Shown: positions 18,501 to 28,193, numbered from the stretch's first letter. The stretch: DNA of 60,501 nucleotides from Candidatus Hodarchaeota archaeon (GCA_016839625.1 JAEOTY010000022.1:1-60501), one strand, 5' to 3'. Made by a program: numbers and translations. The notes: generated by a model from the letters alone, not told the origin.

Positions 18501-20030
18501 GTGACCAAACTAAACTATTGTAGAGGGTATATCATGATGTGTAAGAAATTTCATTGCTTTATTATTGGTTTCGTTATCCTATTGATGATTTTGCCGATAA
18601 CTGGAGTCATTAGTAACACTGAAGTTGTTAATGATTACTATTTTTCTGTCCCGCAAGAAACAGTGAATGTTAGTATCAACTTAGATGGATCTGCGGATAT
18701 TGAATATCGGATTACTTTCAAAGTGGAACCTGGGGGACAAACTATTGATATTGTGGATATTGGGTTTCCTAACAAGCATTATGATCTTGGAAGTGTTACC
18801 GCTGATGTAGATGGGCATACTATCACAGATATAAAAGTTTCAGAGGCGATAGATATTGGTGTGGAAATCCATCTCGGTACATATGCAATCACTGACACAG
18901 GAACTTTACACGTTCGGGGAAACCAGCCGTACATGGTATTTGAAGATACTGAGGAGGAGGAAATGGCTTCAGTAGAATTTGGAAACACTTGGTGGGGTTC
19001 TGCTTATACCACGGGTTTTACAAACTTAACTACACGAATTATTTTTCCCGCTACTGTAGACGCATCAACTTATACCAAGTGGCACCGATTACAACCAGAC
19101 CAGCAATACAGCTTATCAAACGGTCGTAAGGTATTCGAATGGCATGAGCCAAATGCGCTGCCTGATAGACAGTACCAATATGGAGTTTCTTTTCCTAAGG
19201 AAGGTGTGACATGGCATACGGGTATCCCTCCCACCACAGAAGAGCTTCTGATAATGATAGCCGTTGTTGGTGGCGTGATAATTGTTATTATTATTGTAGT
19301 TATATCTTATAGCAGGAAGCGGCGTCGATTGATGGATTACATCCCGCCTTTTGTCTCTGTTCCCACGGCTGGCCCCAGAACTGACCTCCGTAGAGAAGAG
19401 GTGGCAATTGTCCTGGAGAAACCAGTGAATGTTACGATTTCAATGATTATTCTCACCCTAACCCAGAAAGGCCTGCTACGACAGCTTTCATCTGACAGTC
19501 CTCTCCTTGAACCCGTCCGAGGGGCTCCAAGAAAGCATATCCGTAAATATGAGCGAGTTGTTCTTAGCTCTATTCGTCCAGATTTCAGTCTTGATGAGGA
19601 TGATATGGTAAAAGCCGTATCTAGCCTAGTAAAGTCCACTCAACGACGTACACGCGGCTATTCTTATGAAAGAACTATGGAATATTATGAAAACTTAATT
19701 CGAGACTCCATTGCAACAATTAAATCAGAACCCGATCCACGGAATGTTCCTGCTGAAGCTTGGTTTTGGGCAATCTTGGATGAGGAATTCTTACCTGATT
19801 TAGAAGTACAAATCACAGAGCACGAGGATTATTACGATTACTATCCTTGGTATTACCATTATGGTTATCATCATTGGTATTGGGTACCTCGGGGCCGATC
19901 TTTCACAAGCCGTTTGACGAGAATTAGCCATCCGATTCCTCGGAGTAGTAGTGGGGGTTCTAGAGGAGGCGGTGGGTGTGCCTGTGCTTGTGCTGGTTGT
20001 GCCTGTGCCTGCGCTGGAGGTGGACGCTAA
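18501..20030 (+). CDS. DUF2207-like bitopic membrane protein with an aromatic-rich segment and a C-terminal Cys-Ala repeat tail
   Basis: It has a signal/TM, then ETVNVSINLDGSADIEYRITFKV (DUF2207-like N-domain). A TM (IMIAVVGGVIIVIIIVVISY) followed by RKRRR puts the C-terminus in the cytoplasm. It also has YYDYYPWYYHYGYHHWYWVP and the tail SSSGGSRGGGGCACACAGCACACAGGGR. The probable true start is the ATGATG at 18534. Confidence 0.7.
   Translation: MTKLNYCRGYIMMCKKFHCFIIGFVILLMILPITGVISNTEVVNDYYFSVPQETVNVSINLDGSADIEYRITFKVEPGGQTIDIVDIGFPNKHYDLGSVTADVDGHTITDIKVSEAIDIGVEIHLGTYAITDTGTLHVRGNQPYMVFEDTEEEEMASVEFGNTWWGSAYTTGFTNLTTRIIFPATVDASTYTKWHRLQPDQQYSLSNGRKVFEWHEPNALPDRQYQYGVSFPKEGVTWHTGIPPTTEELLIMIAVVGGVIIVIIIVVISYSRKRRRLMDYIPPFVSVPTAGPRTDLRREEVAIVLEKPVNVTISMIILTLTQKGLLRQLSSDSPLLEPVRGAPRKHIRKYERVVLSSIRPDFSLDEDDMVKAVSSLVKSTQRRTRGYSYERTMEYYENLIRDSIATIKSEPDPRNVPAEAWFWAILDEEFLPDLEVQITEHEDYYDYYPWYYHYGYHHWYWVPRGRSFTSRLTRISHPIPRSSSGGSRGGGGCACACAGCACACAGGGR
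19977..20015 (+). repeat. TGY-GCY hexanucleotide repeat encoding (Cys-Ala)3-Gly-(Cys-Ala)3
   Basis: The sequence reads tgtgcc tgtgct tgtgct ggt tgtgcc tgtgcc tgcgct, immediately before gga ggt gga cgc taa. Confidence 0.9.
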
Positions 20031-21350
20031 ATGACGGAAAATAGTAAATTAGTGCATTTAAGAGAAGGAGAGGATGGGGATATTCGAATGCATCTTCGTC
20101 ATCAAGGTGATAGTGGTCTCCTTATCATTAATGCCTCGAGAATATTGAACCTTAACTCTACTGCAACGTTTTTTGTAGAAAGAATCTTGAAAGGTAAAGC
20201 GGACTCTGAGATTGTTAAGGAGCTTAGAAGTCTGTATCGCGTCAGTGAACAGCAAGCTAATACTGATCTACAATCCCTGAAAGAAATGATACACACGTTA
20301 TCAACTACCGATGATATTTGTCCCATTCATTCCCTTCAGATGGAAGAATCGAATTTAACAGAGCTTCCTCTGACTGCTCCTTTACGTATGGATCTAGCTA
20401 TCACCTATCGGTGTAATAATAAATGTGAACACTGTTATAATCAACCAGACTCACCTAATGCAACTGAATTAGATACAAACTATTGGAAATCCATCTTAGA
20501 GCGACTTTGGGGGATATCCATTCCCCATGTGACTTTTACAGGAGGTGAACCCACGTTACGCTCCGATCTGCCTGATTTAATTGATCACGCAGAGGATATC
20601 GGAATAGTTACTGGACTTATTACAAATGGGCGAAATCTGAAGGATGCCAACTACCTAGATAAGTTAGTAAAAATGGGGCTTGATCATATTCAGATAACAT
20701 TTGAAAGCGTAGATGAAAGAATTCACAACCAAATGGTGGGAAATGATCAAGCGTGGGCAGAAACGGTTGAGGGAATAAGAAATGCCATAGATACACCCCT
20801 TTATACTCTGACGAACACCACACTCACTCGAATAAATGCCCCCAAGATAGAAGAGACTATTGAGTTTCTGAATAGCCTTGAGGTTGAACAATTCGCTTGT
20901 AACTCTATAATATATGCTGGAAAAGGGAAAAATATGTCACTGATTGCCTTAACAGAAAGCGATCTGATCCCTATTATCGAATCGATTCAGGATGCAGCAG
21001 ATGATTATGGGATGCAGTTTATTTGGTATACTCCAACCAGATATTGCGAACTTGACCCCAACAACCTTGGGTTAGGAGTCAAACGATGCTCAGCATCTCA
21101 TTTAGCTATGGCGATCGAACCCAATGGAACTGTTATTCCATGTCAGAGCTATTATAAAGGACTAGGCCATATTCTAAATGACAGCTGGGAGAGTATTTGG
21201 AATAATCCTCTATCAAAGGAACTTCGAACTCATACAAACGTCCCTGATGAGTGTCAGAATTGTAACCAACTTGAGATTTGTGGTGGTGGCTGTCCTCTGA
21301 GTTTTTATCGTGAGGAATATCTATGTCCCGAGAGCCAAGCCAACGATTGA
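20031..21350 (+). CDS. Radical SAM enzyme with an N-terminal PqqD/RRE-like domain and a C-terminal SPASM domain (peptide/protein-modifying type)
   Basis: CNNKCEHC (CxxxCxxC, nt 20412-20435). The N-terminal LLIINASRILNLNSTATFFVERILKGKADSEIVKELRSLYRVSEQQANTDLQSLKEMIHTL is PqqD-like. C-terminal Cys clusters are CSASH...IPCQSY and CQNCNQLEICGGGCP. Its ATG directly abuts the TAA of the upstream gene. Confidence 0.85.
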   Translation: MTENSKLVHLREGEDGDIRMHLRHQGDSGLLIINASRILNLNSTATFFVERILKGKADSEIVKELRSLYRVSEQQANTDLQSLKEMIHTLSTTDDICPIHSLQMEESNLTELPLTAPLRMDLAITYRCNNKCEHCYNQPDSPNATELDTNYWKSILERLWGISIPHVTFTGGEPTLRSDLPDLIDHAEDIGIVTGLITNGRNLKDANYLDKLVKMGLDHIQITFESVDERIHNQMVGNDQAWAETVEGIRNAIDTPLYTLTNTTLTRINAPKIEETIEFLNSLEVEQFACNSIIYAGKGKNMSLIALTESDLIPIIESIQDAADDYGMQFIWYTPTRYCELDPNNLGLGVKRCSASHLAMAIEPNGTVIPCQSYYKGLGHILNDSWESIWNNPLSKELRTHTNVPDECQNCNQLEICGGGCPLSFYREEYLCPESQAND

Positions 21351-22114
21351 AATCTAAGGATCAAATCTCCACCGAGGATGATGTCAGATACTTTGATGAG
21401 CTCTACCAAGGACAACTAGATTGGACTGCTTCAACCAGAAAGCATTTATACCGACAGATGGATCTCTTTCATGCAGAACAGGTTTTAGAAGTAGGATCTG
21501 GTACAGGAGCGATTTTGAGGGAAATTCATACAATAAATCCTCGTGCTAGGCTCTTTGGTCTTGACCGAAATTTAGTGGCGTTAGAGTATTCCCAAAAAAA
21601 GGCGACAGATGAGACCTTGATTCTAGGAGATGCTACTCTCTTACCATTCTCTTCCCAAAGCTTTGATATTGTGGTATGTCACTATTTCCTTATGTGGATT
21701 GAAGATCCTATTACTACTTTACGTGAAATAATGCGAGTAACTCGTTTTGGGGGATGGATAGCCTGTTTAGCTGAACCTGATTATGGAGGTCGGTTGGATT
21801 TCCCTGATAGTGAAATATGGAAAGATCTTCTTCTAAACTCTCTTTCTGCAGCGGATCCTTTTATAGGAAGAAAATTAAGAACATATTTTTATCAAGTTGG
21901 ACTGAAAGCACATGTTGGATTACAATCAGTGGTTTTACCTTCTGACACGGTAAATAACCTTTATGAGGCCGAACTTGCAAAGCTAGAGCGATTTATTTCC
22001 CCTGAGAATAATATAAAATTAAAAAAATTAACTGAATTTTTTAAGACTCATAAAACTGAAGAGCTGTTCAGCTTCATGCCAGTCTTCTATGCACTTGCTC
22101 ATAGAACAGAATGA
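21323..22114 (+). CDS. Class I SAM-dependent methyltransferase
   Basis: VLEVGSGTGAILREI (motif I), LGDATLLPF and FDIVVCHYFLMWIEDP. It overlaps the rSAM gene by 28 nt. Confidence 0.8.
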   Translation: MSREPSQRLKSKDQISTEDDVRYFDELYQGQLDWTASTRKHLYRQMDLFHAEQVLEVGSGTGAILREIHTINPRARLFGLDRNLVALEYSQKKATDETLILGDATLLPFSSQSFDIVVCHYFLMWIEDPITTLREIMRVTRFGGWIACLAEPDYGGRLDFPDSEIWKDLLLNSLSAADPFIGRKLRTYFYQVGLKAHVGLQSVVLPSDTVNNLYEAELAKLERFISPENNIKLKKLTEFFKTHKTEELFSFMPVFYALAHRTE

Positions 22115-22118
22115 ATTA

Positions 22119-22604
22119 TTACTTGTCTTCCTTCTCATTTAATTTATCAAAATTAAGAACTTGATTTTGCTTAATTTTCTTCAAAGTTATAGAAGTATAT
22201 GTTTTGTTAACTCCAGGAATAGTAGAGATTTTTCTTTCGACGATTTCGTGGAGGTTTTCAATGTTTTGAGCGTTTCCAATACAAAGAATATCGTGAATAC
22301 CAGTGGTAATCTTAACGATGTGGATTTCTGCGATTTTTTTTAGGACAGATAACACATCATCCATGACACTAGCGTTAATGTCCAATTCACATATGAATTC
22401 GATTGGATAATTCACTTTTTCAGGATTCACTTTAATGGTAAAACCCGTTATTATTCCTTTATTCTTTAGTTTTTCTACTCGGTCTGATATAGTCTGGGCT
22501 GTAACATCCAATATTTCTGCAATATCTGTATATGTAGTCTTTCCATCTTTACTTAAAGAGCGAATAATCATTTCGTCGATTTTATCTAATGTTGTAATCA
22601 CCAT
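22119..22604 (-). CDS. Lrp/AsnC-family transcriptional regulator
   Basis: IIRSLSKDGKTTYTDIAEILDVTAQTISDRVEKLKNKGIITGF is an HTH_AsnC motif, followed by a C-terminal RAM-like domain. Length 161 aa. Confidence 0.85.
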   Translation of the reverse strand: MVITTLDKIDEMIIRSLSKDGKTTYTDIAEILDVTAQTISDRVEKLKNKGIITGFTIKVNPEKVNYPIEFICELDINASVMDDVLSVLKKIAEIHIVKITTGIHDILCIGNAQNIENLHEIVERKISTIPGVNKTYTSITLKKIKQNQVLNFDKLNEKEDK

Positions 22605-22701
22605 TTTACTACTACCACTTAATGCTAGTCATGAATGAATTATTGTGATTGCTTTAGGTGAAATAGAATATATCAGCTTTTATTCTCTTCTTGTGTTCCC
22701 A

Positions 22702-23553
22702 TTAAGAAGTTGATTGGCGATTCAATCGCCAAATAAGCCAGTAACGATGAGCAATACTCGCAGGGAGAAGAGCTGGTAATAAGACTAGAAATCCTAATAT
22801 GAACCAAGAGTAAGAAATCTGACTAATACTTAGAAATTGAAGCAAAAAATAGATTCCAATTGCAAATATGGAATAAACACCAATAAATACGACATAATCT
22901 GCTAAAGTATCGAATGCACCTTTGGCAAATCCGAATAGTCCATTAATGACGAGTAGAAATAGTTCAGCAATCCCCTGCAACATGAGATACATGAATTCAG
23001 CGAATCCCCGAATGATCGCTACTAATGTTGTTGTTCCACCTTTAATGACGGATTGTGCACCTGCAACTATAGAATCAAGTCCAAGATAAGCACCAGGGAT
23101 CGCAATAAGAATTGCATAGAGGAGTAGTAAAAATATCGCTACTATTTCATCAAGTATGTTAGATATTATTAAGAATCCAATGAAAATTGCAAAAGGAACA
23201 ATTAATATTGAAAAACTAACTAATCCATCAATTCCAGGATTCATTTCTTTTTTTTCTGGGTTCCTCGAGAAGAATTGGACTGTTCGATTAGCTTGGGCAT
23301 ATGTTTTTGTTGGACGAGCTCGCCGAGTGAAACGTACAATAGATTCACCTTTAGGTTTTTTTGTTGGTTCAACAACGATATTTCCAACGTCAAATTCCTT
23401 GAATTCGTCTCTAGCTACTTTTCCTGCTTTACGAATTTCCCTATCTATAATATTTCCAGCATCGACAACTTTTTTCCCGAGAAACTTCCCGAGCTTTTTT
23501 GTTGCACTGTCTTTTTTCTCGCTCATTGTACTTTTCATCCTGTATTCATGCAA
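22702..23553 (-). CDS. Hypothetical polytopic membrane protein
   Basis: The 283-aa ORF has a basic N-terminal third followed by about 5 TM helices. I recognise no motif. Confidence 0.5.
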   Translation of the reverse strand: MHEYRMKSTMSEKKDSATKKLGKFLGKKVVDAGNIIDREIRKAGKVARDEFKEFDVGNIVVEPTKKPKGESIVRFTRRARPTKTYAQANRTVQFFSRNPEKKEMNPGIDGLVSFSILIVPFAIFIGFLIISNILDEIVAIFLLLLYAILIAIPGAYLGLDSIVAGAQSVIKGGTTTLVAIIRGFAEFMYLMLQGIAELFLLVINGLFGFAKGAFDTLADYVVFIGVYSIFAIGIYFLLQFLSISQISYSWFILGFLVLLPALLPASIAHRYWLIWRLNRQSTS

Positions 23554-23724
23554 TTCGTTCTATAATTATGAAACTATTAATAATCTTTCACATTTTTAAG
23601 CCTTCTCTTCTTAATAACCAGTCTCATTATTATTACGATGAGTTTTGAAAGAAGAAAACAGATACGTCTGATAGAATCATCTTTCCGCAATTAAGTACAA
23701 TTATAGCAAACTTAAAATACTGTA

Positions 23725-24255
23725 ATGATTCAATTTCTGCCTCAGGTTTATTTCATGTACTCCCAAGAACCAAAGAATCTGAATGAATCGCCTGATAAAA
23801 CTAAAAAGGAACCATTTTTCTGTTCCCTGTGTTCTGCAACTAAAAATCGCTATGAAGAAAGAGTAAAATGTCCTAAATGTGCACGGCTTGTCTGTAAGGA
23901 CTGTTTTGAAAGCCTGAATGTGGTAGGACTGGTTCAATGCCCATTTTGTTCTTCTTCTCTCAAAATAGATAGTAAGGGACAAGATTCATCTGCTATTATT
24001 GCAAATATTCAACGAGGTCAAAGAAAAGTCGAAATGGGTGACTTGTTTAGTGCTGAAGCATATTTTCAAAATGCACTGAAATTAGACTCAAATTCAATTA
24101 TTGCTTGGAAAAAACTAGGAATACTTTATTTTAAGAAGAAAAATTGGGAGCGAGCTAAATTTTGTTTCTCAAAAGTTTTAAAAGTGAATTCACAAGACGA
24201 AGAGGCAAAAAAGATGTATATAGAGGCTGATCATCGGATCAGAAGTTATTATTAA
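23725..24255 (+). CDS. C4C4 RING-like zinc finger fused to TPR repeats
   Basis: CSLC-x12-CPKC-x4-CKDC-x11-CPFC gives eight Cys with cross-brace RING spacing. It is followed by TPR-like AEAYFQNALKLDSNSIIAWKKLGILYFKKKNWERAKFCFSKVLKVNS. The likely start is an internal Met (MYSQEP). Confidence 0.6.
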   Translation: MIQFLPQVYFMYSQEPKNLNESPDKTKKEPFFCSLCSATKNRYEERVKCPKCARLVCKDCFESLNVVGLVQCPFCSSSLKIDSKGQDSSAIIANIQRGQRKVEMGDLFSAEAYFQNALKLDSNSIIAWKKLGILYFKKKNWERAKFCFSKVLKVNSQDEEAKKMYIEADHRIRSYY

Positions 24256-24275
24256 TCATATAACCACCTCAAATG

Positions 24276-25424
24276 CTAATATCGAATCCGTGGATCTAAG
24301 AACGCATAAGTTACATCTGTTGCTAGATTGGCTAGGATGACCATGATCGCCACTAGCATATTGATTCCCATCATGAAATTATAATCTCTCAACTGGACTC
24401 GGATAACAGCTTCTCTACCTAACCCAGGCCAAGCAAAGACAGTTTCAGTCAGAGCAGCTCCGGCTAAAAGGAATCCGACAGCTAAACCCACTATGGTGAC
24501 GACAGGTAACAAAGCATTCCTTAATGCATGTTTGTAAATGACGAAGCGTTCTGACAAACCCTTGGATCGTGCTGTTAGAATATAGTCTTGTTTCAACACC
24601 TCTAACATACTAGATCGTGTTAAACGAAGTACTAATGCGGTTCCTGCTAAACCTAATACGATAGTGGGAAGTATCATGTGAGCAACCTCATCTAACATTA
24701 ATTCAAGAAATGTTTCATTCCCAGTGAGATTATAGCTTTTTGCACCAATTGAGGGAATTTTCATTCCAAAGAAAAGTTTCATGTCGGAAAACAAAATAAT
24801 AAACATGATTCCTGTCCAAAAGACTGGCATTGACACACCAAATAGTGCCAGTACTGTGCCTGCACTATCTAGCTTCGAATAGGGGTGCCTTGCTGAGAAA
24901 ATTCCCATAGGAATTCCTATTAATAGCGACATGATCAAAGAAGCTAATGAAAGCTTGATAGTTTGCCAGGCAAGATCTCCAATCATATCATTAATTGTAG
25001 ATCCTGTGTAGGAATTTCCCATATCGCCAAACATGAAACCACCCCGAAATGGACTTTCAGCAATCTGTAAATCCAGTGCGAACGTGTTTTGAATCCACCT
25101 AAATGGTGCGAAGATAACAAAATCCGTAAATTCACTGAGATAACTATCATCAAGAGTTCGACCAGAATTTCTTCCTACTAACCAAAAAGTATATTGTTCA
25201 TGTGGAGGCCGGTCTAAACCGAGTGCACGCCGCATATTGGCCATCTCCGCTTCAGTCATGGTAGGATCGTTTTGTTTTAACACATCGACATAATCTTGCG
25301 GAGCAAGCATTATCAGTCCGAAAAGAATTAGAGACACTCCCAAAAACAATGGGATAGAAAACAGTATTCGTCGAATAACGTAATTCCTTAATGTCATATT
25401 TACTCTACTCTCATTTTTATACAT
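24276..25424 (-). CDS. ABC transporter permease, DppB/OppB (peptide/nickel) family
   Basis: N-terminal YVIRRILFSIPLFLGVSLILF, and EAA-loop region YILTARSKGLSERFVIYKHALRNALLPVVT. Length 382 aa. No partner permease, ATPase or binding protein lies adjacent. Confidence 0.85.
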   Translation of the reverse strand: MYKNESRVNMTLRNYVIRRILFSIPLFLGVSLILFGLIMLAPQDYVDVLKQNDPTMTEAEMANMRRALGLDRPPHEQYTFWLVGRNSGRTLDDSYLSEFTDFVIFAPFRWIQNTFALDLQIAESPFRGGFMFGDMGNSYTGSTINDMIGDLAWQTIKLSLASLIMSLLIGIPMGIFSARHPYSKLDSAGTVLALFGVSMPVFWTGIMFIILFSDMKLFFGMKIPSIGAKSYNLTGNETFLELMLDEVAHMILPTIVLGLAGTALVLRLTRSSMLEVLKQDYILTARSKGLSERFVIYKHALRNALLPVVTIVGLAVGFLLAGAALTETVFAWPGLGREAVIRVQLRDYNFMMGINMLVAIMVILANLATDVTYAFLDPRIRY

Positions 25425-25625
25425 ATAAGATCTATTATAAAATACTATGACTGTGAGAGCTTAAAGAAAATGCTTTTCTCTGCAGAATCTTTAAAAAACT
25501 ACTACTATCTGCAAGATGTTTAAAAAACTGATACTTTGGTGCAATTTAAAAAATCAATAAAGTTACCATATAGTGGTTATAAAATCCTTTAACTTCAATA
25601 ATAAATATTAATCAGTTCTTAAATT

Positions 25626-28193
25626 GTGCGAATAATGAGATCCAATGGTAAGTTTTCAACACTGAAAATTGTATCTCAGTATTTTGAAGATTTTTTTTAT
25701 AACTTAAGCCCAAAGGTAGAAAAGCATATTCTCAACCAACTTAGTAATCAACAGCCTATACAAGAAAAGTTTCATGCGGTTCTAAATGAAATTTCTTGGT
25801 CTGAGTGGCAAAATTCTCGCTTCCAATTCGTTAACCCTATAACAAAGATACTCATTGCGTTAATTTACGATAAAGTTCTTCTCACATTAAAAAAAATGGA
25901 AAACTCAACTGAGCTTAACGAATTTTTAAGTAAAATTTCGATTCTTGCCGCCTCTCAAGTTAAAAGTTCCAATAATAAGGCTGAACTGAAGGATACCTTT
26001 TTTCAGTTGATTGAAGGTATCTGGAAATTAGCAGATCAATGCGAGCCACGAATCCCTATTCTGGATCCAGAGTCTTTTCCTCTCAATAAGCTCCTTGAAT
26101 TTGTTTTCAATGAGTGGGAAAGCTGTCTTGCAACTATAAATCTAATCCAACAGATTGAACAGGATAGTGGATGTGAAAATCAATTATTGCTGCCTTATAT
26201 TTTCGAGATAGGAATACCAGGCCAACGAAAACAACAGCAAGGACAAATTTTCACACCCGATCGAGTTGCAAGTTTTATTTGTAAGCAGAATATTTCAGCA
26301 AAAACGACTAGAGTTCTCGATCCTGCGTGTGGTACTGGTATTTTTCTATTAGAAGCGCTAAGAATTTTCGCCGATTCTCCCTCAGAACCTCATCAAATTG
26401 AGTTAATTGGTATTGAAAAAGATCCTTACCTAGCAGATATTGCTGAGAGTGCTATTAATTATTTTCTTTTGGTTAATTCTATTTCTCTAGACAATTGGAA
26501 AATTCACAGAGACGATTTCTTCAATTGCTCACCAGAATCGTGTGGATTATTTCGAGATAATGTAGATCAAACGGTATTACTGATGAATCCCCCATATACT
26601 CGTCATGAGCAATTAAAAGAGGAATATAAGAAGTATTTAGCAGATCAAATCAACTTTGATATAGCAGATATTAACAAAAATCATACTGCTTTTGGGAGTG
26701 TATTGTCAGGGAGATCTGGATTATATGTTTTTTTTCTTATTCATGCAACAAGATTTCTCAGGCCAGGGGATCATCTTGGTATGATAATACCCAATTCCTG
26801 GCTAGATGTGGATTATGGTCATCAATTACAGCATTTTATTTTGAATCATTATTTCATTGAATCTATTATTATTAGTCGTCTAGAAAGATTTATTCAGACT
26901 GTAGATGTGAATACTGCTGTTTTAAAACTAATCAGAAAGAAAATTGAAAATAGTAATAGAGAAATAGAAATCCAGAACCAAGTGGCGTTTATATCGATTG
27001 AGAAGACATCAGACCTTAACTATATTCAAGGCTCTTCCACATCAAGAGATTCCTCAGATGTTAGGATTGTTTCAGTAGAACAGAACAGTCTTTTTGCGAT
27101 ATCTAAGTGGGGTGTTTATCTTCGAGCTCCTTTAATCTATTTCCAATTGTTGGAACATCTTGAGAAGAGGATGGTTACTCTCGGAGACATAGCTCATGTA
27201 CGAAGAGGATTTACCAGCGGTGCTAATGACTTTTTTTATGTAGGTAAACCAGGAAAGTCCAACACATTCTTTAATTCTAGCTGGGATCCTGAAACAGGTG
27301 ATTTAAATCTATCTATAAAGAATGATACACTAGTTAGTCAGTTTCATGAGCAAGGTTTTCAAGTGAAAGACCCTATGTTTATTATTGAAAAAGGGTATTG
27401 GATGCACCTTTCTAATTCTTCCCAAAAGAATTTTACTTGGGAGTTTTCCCTTCAAAATGATAAAGGTGAGACTTGGGTACCCAACTATTTAGTGAAATCT
27501 CCTCGGGAGCTCTCAACATATGAAATCCATGAGGAAAACCTGAAATATATTGTGATCTTGATTTCAGAAGATACTTATTGGAATGGCTTGCAAACTGGTA
27601 TAAAAAATTATATTCGATGGGGAGAACAGTGGGTTCCTTCAGTAGGAAAAAAATTTAACCAAAGACCTACCTGTCTGTCACGAAAGAATTGGTATGAATT
27701 ACCTTCGAAAGAATATAAGTTATTTAACCTTTTATGTTTGATGACAATTAATGATCGGTTTTCCTTCTTCTATAATCCCCGCGGATTCCTTTTTGACGCT
27801 CGCCTTTATGGTATACGTTTTCTGCAAGTTACCAAATTTTTTGCCTACTATTTCTTATTTCTTAACTCTATCATCACAACAATTCAACTCGAGCTTTTAG
27901 GGAGAAGTAATTTAGGTGAAGGGGCATTAGATGTCAAAGTTTATGAGTACGAGTTACTTAAAATCCCAAGTTTTAAATTCTTTGAAGAAAATCAGTTAAA
28001 AAGTGTAATCAATATCTTTTCACGTGTTTTGGAGTGTTCTCCGTTCTCTGTTATTCAGGGAAAACCAAAATCAATTAAACAGTTGACAGATGCTTTTGTT
28101 TCTAATCTATTTACTCATTCCTCAGGGTTCATTAACAGCTTATTTGAGGAATTGAAGAATTTAGTTCGAATGCGTATTGAAAAAGCAAGATAA
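25626..28193 (+). CDS. Large gamma-class N6-adenine DNA methyltransferase-like protein (Eco57I/type IIG-like architecture, no nuclease motif seen)
   Basis: QIFTPDRVASFI (motif X), VLDPACGTGIFLLEAL (motif I), LLMNPPYTRHE (motif IV, NPPY). The C-terminal region has LGDIAHVRRGFTSGANDFFYV and LNS...GEGALDV, which is TaqI_C-like specificity. Length 855 aa. Confidence 0.8.
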   Translation: MRIMRSNGKFSTLKIVSQYFEDFFYNLSPKVEKHILNQLSNQQPIQEKFHAVLNEISWSEWQNSRFQFVNPITKILIALIYDKVLLTLKKMENSTELNEFLSKISILAASQVKSSNNKAELKDTFFQLIEGIWKLADQCEPRIPILDPESFPLNKLLEFVFNEWESCLATINLIQQIEQDSGCENQLLLPYIFEIGIPGQRKQQQGQIFTPDRVASFICKQNISAKTTRVLDPACGTGIFLLEALRIFADSPSEPHQIELIGIEKDPYLADIAESAINYFLLVNSISLDNWKIHRDDFFNCSPESCGLFRDNVDQTVLLMNPPYTRHEQLKEEYKKYLADQINFDIADINKNHTAFGSVLSGRSGLYVFFLIHATRFLRPGDHLGMIIPNSWLDVDYGHQLQHFILNHYFIESIIISRLERFIQTVDVNTAVLKLIRKKIENSNREIEIQNQVAFISIEKTSDLNYIQGSSTSRDSSDVRIVSVEQNSLFAISKWGVYLRAPLIYFQLLEHLEKRMVTLGDIAHVRRGFTSGANDFFYVGKPGKSNTFFNSSWDPETGDLNLSIKNDTLVSQFHEQGFQVKDPMFIIEKGYWMHLSNSSQKNFTWEFSLQNDKGETWVPNYLVKSPRELSTYEIHEENLKYIVILISEDTYWNGLQTGIKNYIRWGEQWVPSVGKKFNQRPTCLSRKNWYELPSKEYKLFNLLCLMTINDRFSFFYNPRGFLFDARLYGIRFLQVTKFFAYYFLFLNSIITTIQLELLGRSNLGEGALDVKVYEYELLKIPSFKFFEENQLKSVINIFSRVLECSPFSVIQGKPKSIKQLTDAFVSNLFTHSSGFINSLFEELKNLVRMRIEKAR

